NCBI GenBank assembly: GCA_002269645.1
Contig: NIVC01000070.1
Coordinates: 248,001-312,000 of the forward strand
DNA from: Macrostomum lignano
Lineage: Eukaryota
DNA: 64,000 bases
Direction: 5' to 3'
Positions 60,346-64,000 of this stretch are shown piece after piece. Under the pieces are notes generated by a model that ran no database searches, was not told the DNA's origin, and worked only from the letters and a program-made list of their open reading frames with translations. Within the stretch, counting starts at the first letter, position 1. Each line of letters opens with the position of its first letter. A program made the translations under genes and the position numbers.

Positions 60346-61193
60346 TTCCCTTCCTATAAATCATTTGACGTTAGAGACATTTTACAACTCTCGCCCTACT
60401 TTATCTATTAGGCTAACTTTATGTATGACACGACGCAAAATATTAGGAGCATCAGCGTTAATAATGCCTTGAAAGTCTTTAAATAATCGATACAACACTA
60501 GGTATTATAAAATTCCAACCCCAAAGCTCACTGGGGTGAAAAGACTTTGTCTTCATTAACTAGTATAACAACATAATAATCAAGAAGATATAAGTAAGAA
60601 GTCTTTGAAGTCTGGGAATATTCACCCTTATAGTTTCTATGAAATAGATCTCATAAATAGTGTCATGAAAATTGATTAAGCTGTTTTTCTTTAATTGATT
60701 GCAAGCAAGCAAGCAAGCAAGATTTTCATTTTTAGTGTATAGGATGAAATAGGCCTAGATAGGCCTATTTTAGCATTATCAATTTAACTGGACAAATAAC
60801 AAAATGCCTATTTATCTAGTATTAACCAGATGAATAGGAAAGCATTGTCATTATCCAATAACTGGACAAATAACCACATCACTATTCATCTAGTCACCAG
60901 ACAAATAACAACTGCCTATGCCTAAGAAAATATAATAAAGTAGCTGCTAGCAGATACTTCTAAATTTCTACATTTTTGGCAGTTTGTGGTTGACTGTTTG
61001 GGATAAGTTGCATACTGGAAAGAAAATCTTGTGTGCTTTTGTGTATTGCATTATAAATTATACTTATTTGATACTTTTTATTTGCTGTAGGCTACCACAA
61101 GGAAAGGTGGTAGGCCCTAATATGGCGCAGGTGGACATCTGCAATGGCTTGGCAGTAATACTAATACTAAATACAGTAATAGGCCTGCGATCA

Positions 61194-61612
61194 TGGCGCA
61201 TGACCAAGACCGCCACATACCAAGACCGCCACAGCTCTTACTAACTATTGGAATTGAGGGGAAGCTACCAATCTTCCAGCATTGCTATTGGTTATGATGG
61301 GTTGTGGAGTTAGATGAAGAGGAAGTGTCCTAAGATTGGTCACTAATAAGATGAATAAGTGGCCCAAAATGATTGCAAGTCAACCAGGGAAATTTTAACA
61401 ATTCAAATTAAATGAAAAAAACAAGGAGCCTAGCTCACTCACCTACCTAGCCAGGCTAGCCTGCTTACCAGTTCCTCTCTTGTGGCCTTGTCTTGCTGGC
61501 TCTCCCCATCTCACCCCTCCTCAGCCCTATCCAATAACATGGCAAGCCAAATTCCTCCCTCCTATCTCCCCCAAGTGTGGCGGTCTTGGTGTGTGGCGGT
61601 CTTGGTCCTACA
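61194..61612. mobile_element. Mutator-like MITE (~420 bp)
   Basis: 9-bp TSD CTGCGATCA at 61185-61193 and 61613-61621; inverted subterminal dimers ACCAAGACCGCCACA(T/C)ACCAAGACCGCCACA. Confidence 0.82.
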
Positions 61613-61884
61613 CTGCGATCATTGGGTGAAGCTTTGGCAAATCCATTGGCGATATTGCCGCATTGTTGTAGCGAGGATTTTAGTTACGTGGGTATATATC
61701 CCCTGTTGCCAAAATTAGAAACTTCAGTTAGGCCTAAGGTCCTATGACTAGGCCCCTAGCCAATATGCATACAATGGACAAATTCAAATTTGAATTACAA
61801 ATAGCTTGTAATGCCACTTAAGAGCTAAGTTATCCACTGTTTTTTTGTTTTCCCTGAGGTCCATAGTCAGGATCATGGCACGCC

Positions 61885-62030
61885 TGCACCGGAACAAATC
61901 CTATCAAAAAGTTTGATTGCGCCATGCGCCAGAACGAATCCTAGGCCCTATCAAAAAAATTTGCTTGCGACATGCGCTGGAACTATTCCTAACAAAAAAA
62001 TTTGCTTGCGCCGTGTACTGCAACATGAAA
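61885..62030. repeat. Degenerate ~40-45-bp tandem repeat (..TCCTATCAAAAAATTTGCTTGCG..)
   Basis: Three to four diverged units. Confidence 0.6.
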
Positions 62031-64000
62031 CTTTTTGAAAAAAACGCAAAAAACCAGTGTGTAATTAATTTTATGTTCGAAAAAAACACCAGTAAAGTGA
62101 GGTGAGGACAGAGAAAAGGTGAAGGTAGCTAGCGCCGGTCGTTTGCGCGATTTTGTGAATAATTGCAACTTCAAATTGCCGCCGTCCGTAACTTGGCACT
62201 CGTAAAGCCGAAAAGTTTCATGGACTTGTTCGGGTTGATTTTCTCCGTAGATACTTGGTCTGCCGGGTCCTCAATTCCGGGGGGGTAGCCGTAATTGCAG
62301 TCGAGCGGTCTTTAGCAAGCACTGTCGTTCAGATGGTAGACACCGAGGTCTTGACGCCGTAAATTTCAATATTCGCCGATTTGCTTAACTGATTACTTTC
62401 AGTAGAGTAGCGCTGGCACCACCGTAATTTCGTATTACGGAACGTTGAGATCTCAGAGCTCGTTCGGAGTTGAGATTAATTCGGTTGTTTTACGCCCCGC
62501 GGGCAAATAACTTAAGTTAAACTAGCAGGGGGCTTCGATTAATTAATGAGAATAAAATTCTTAATGTTTAATTATATTAAACAAAAGTAGACCGAATATT
62601 TATTATTAACGAAAGATATTTCCGGCGGTGCCGAGGTGCTGAATTAGGTATTCATGAAAGTTAGCCGAGTAGTTTAAGCTATTGAAACTAGTATCGCACA
62701 GGCAAAGTTAAAACTATGTAACAACAATAAAAGAGCGGAATGATCCAATTAAAGCAAAAGAAAAGGGAAGGGGGGCATGATATGCATACGGTGCGGCCCA
62801 ATCCGGCCATATAAATAAACAAACTAAAACAACATGTGGGGCAACCGCAGGGGCAAAGGATGGGGCGGCGGATGGAGCCACAGAAAAGCACAAAACAAAA
62901 AACACAAAAATTGAAGGCCAATGCAACCGACGGGGCAAGGGATGGGGCGAGGGATGGGGCAGCAGAAGGACGGGGAAAACCACCGGCAGGGCGTCATAGC
63001 GTGAGTCATAGCTATAGGCCGAGTGGTAGATCACCCTACCACAAAAGCTTGTATTTGAATCTGTTTCATAGAAAATGCAATGTTAACGTAATTAAAAAAA
63101 GCCGTCAATACACCGGCGCAAAAAAGTGCTAATAAATAGAAATGCTAATTTTCTGCCAGAGAAAATGCGTTTAAAACAAAGATTTAGGTAGGCATTATTT
63201 GTTTGCAGTTACGGTATACGAATAGACGCGTAACCCAGTGTCTCACATACCAGAATTATGCCGGCATTATGCCAACATGCTGGCATAATCAAGGCATGAA
63301 ACTTTTTTTCCTAAAATAAGGCGCGGAGGTACAAGTGATCGGATTGAGAACTAATTTCAGCAATTAGAAGGTTTTAAAAAATAAATTGGCCATGGCACAA
63401 TCAGGGCATATTTCGGGGATCTCATGCCGCAGCATGAAATGAGCATGTGGTGCCCAAAAGGTGCCAGTGGAAAAGAAACTTATTTTGCTGAAAAACGAAC
63501 AGTCTATTATGTTTTTAAAAAAATTGTTATCTTTTATGATACATTATATAAGAATTTTCTGTGGTATTTTTTAGGCATGTATATGCCCAGGAAATTCTTA
63601 TACAGACCGACCGTACGTTATTTAGAAATGAAAATATTGTTTTCTTTTGTTGTCTTTGACAAATAAGTTGAAAAAAGTATTAGAAACTAATAATATAGAA
63701 ATTCAGAAATAAACAAAACGCATTTTAGATAAACTGCTAATACATTTTGATTTAATTACCTCTAGGGTCCCACTAATTCAAAACATAATCGCGCACGCAC
63801 GAATTGTCAACATGCACTTGTGCTGAGTACTAGTAATTGTTTTTATTATGCTTTATTTCCTACATATCATTGGAATAGTTTTACTTATAGAAGTTATAGT
63901 TTAGTGCTTTTAACTTAATCATTCTGCTTGTTTTTAAAACACAGCGGTATGTTATATACCTTGATTCATTGAATTGGCTTCAGGGTTTTTTTTTTGTGCG

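Noticed and set aside
62688-63132. Overlapping short ORFs in a purine-rich tract
   Set aside because: They are low-complexity and open on both strands. The tract looks like a retroelement UTR remnant, but no ORF, tail or TSD supports a call.

Overview
Intron-containing eukaryotic (metazoan) genomic DNA. GC-rich exons and minisatellite-filled introns suggest a free-living flatworm such as Macrostomum, but that is inference only. I could assemble eight spliced protein-coding models by hand from GT/AG junctions and intron phases: (1) a secreted multi-CUB protein (minus strand, 8 CUB exons, 3'-incomplete, with apparent frameshifts); (2) a small orphan single-pass membrane protein with PPLPRR and Tyr motifs (minus); (3) a 137-aa death-domain-only protein (plus), absent from the ORF track; (4) an FBXO21-like F-box/transglutaminase-like/YccV protein (minus); (5) a DUF1647-like type II membrane protein (minus); (6) an SLC25 mitochondrial carrier (plus) whose upstream region and exon 1 lie in a near-identical 3.08-kb tandem duplication; (7) a signal peptide + PAN/apple-like + fibrinogen C-terminal protein (minus); (8) MAU2/Scc4 (minus). 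Mobile DNA comprises a 5'-truncated, broken RNase H-bearing LINE (LOA/R1-like) with a TSD, a deletion-riddled second copy of its 3' end, a tRNA-headed SINE, and non-autonomous Mutator-, Harbinger-, mariner- and hAT-like elements with identifiable TIRs and TSDs. Most long ORFs in the track are artefacts of tandem repeats. The last ~8.5 kb has no recognisable gene, is TE-dense and contains perfect GCGAAGC-capped hairpins. One-base frameshifts in several genes, including the MAU2 tail, suggest consensus indel errors.
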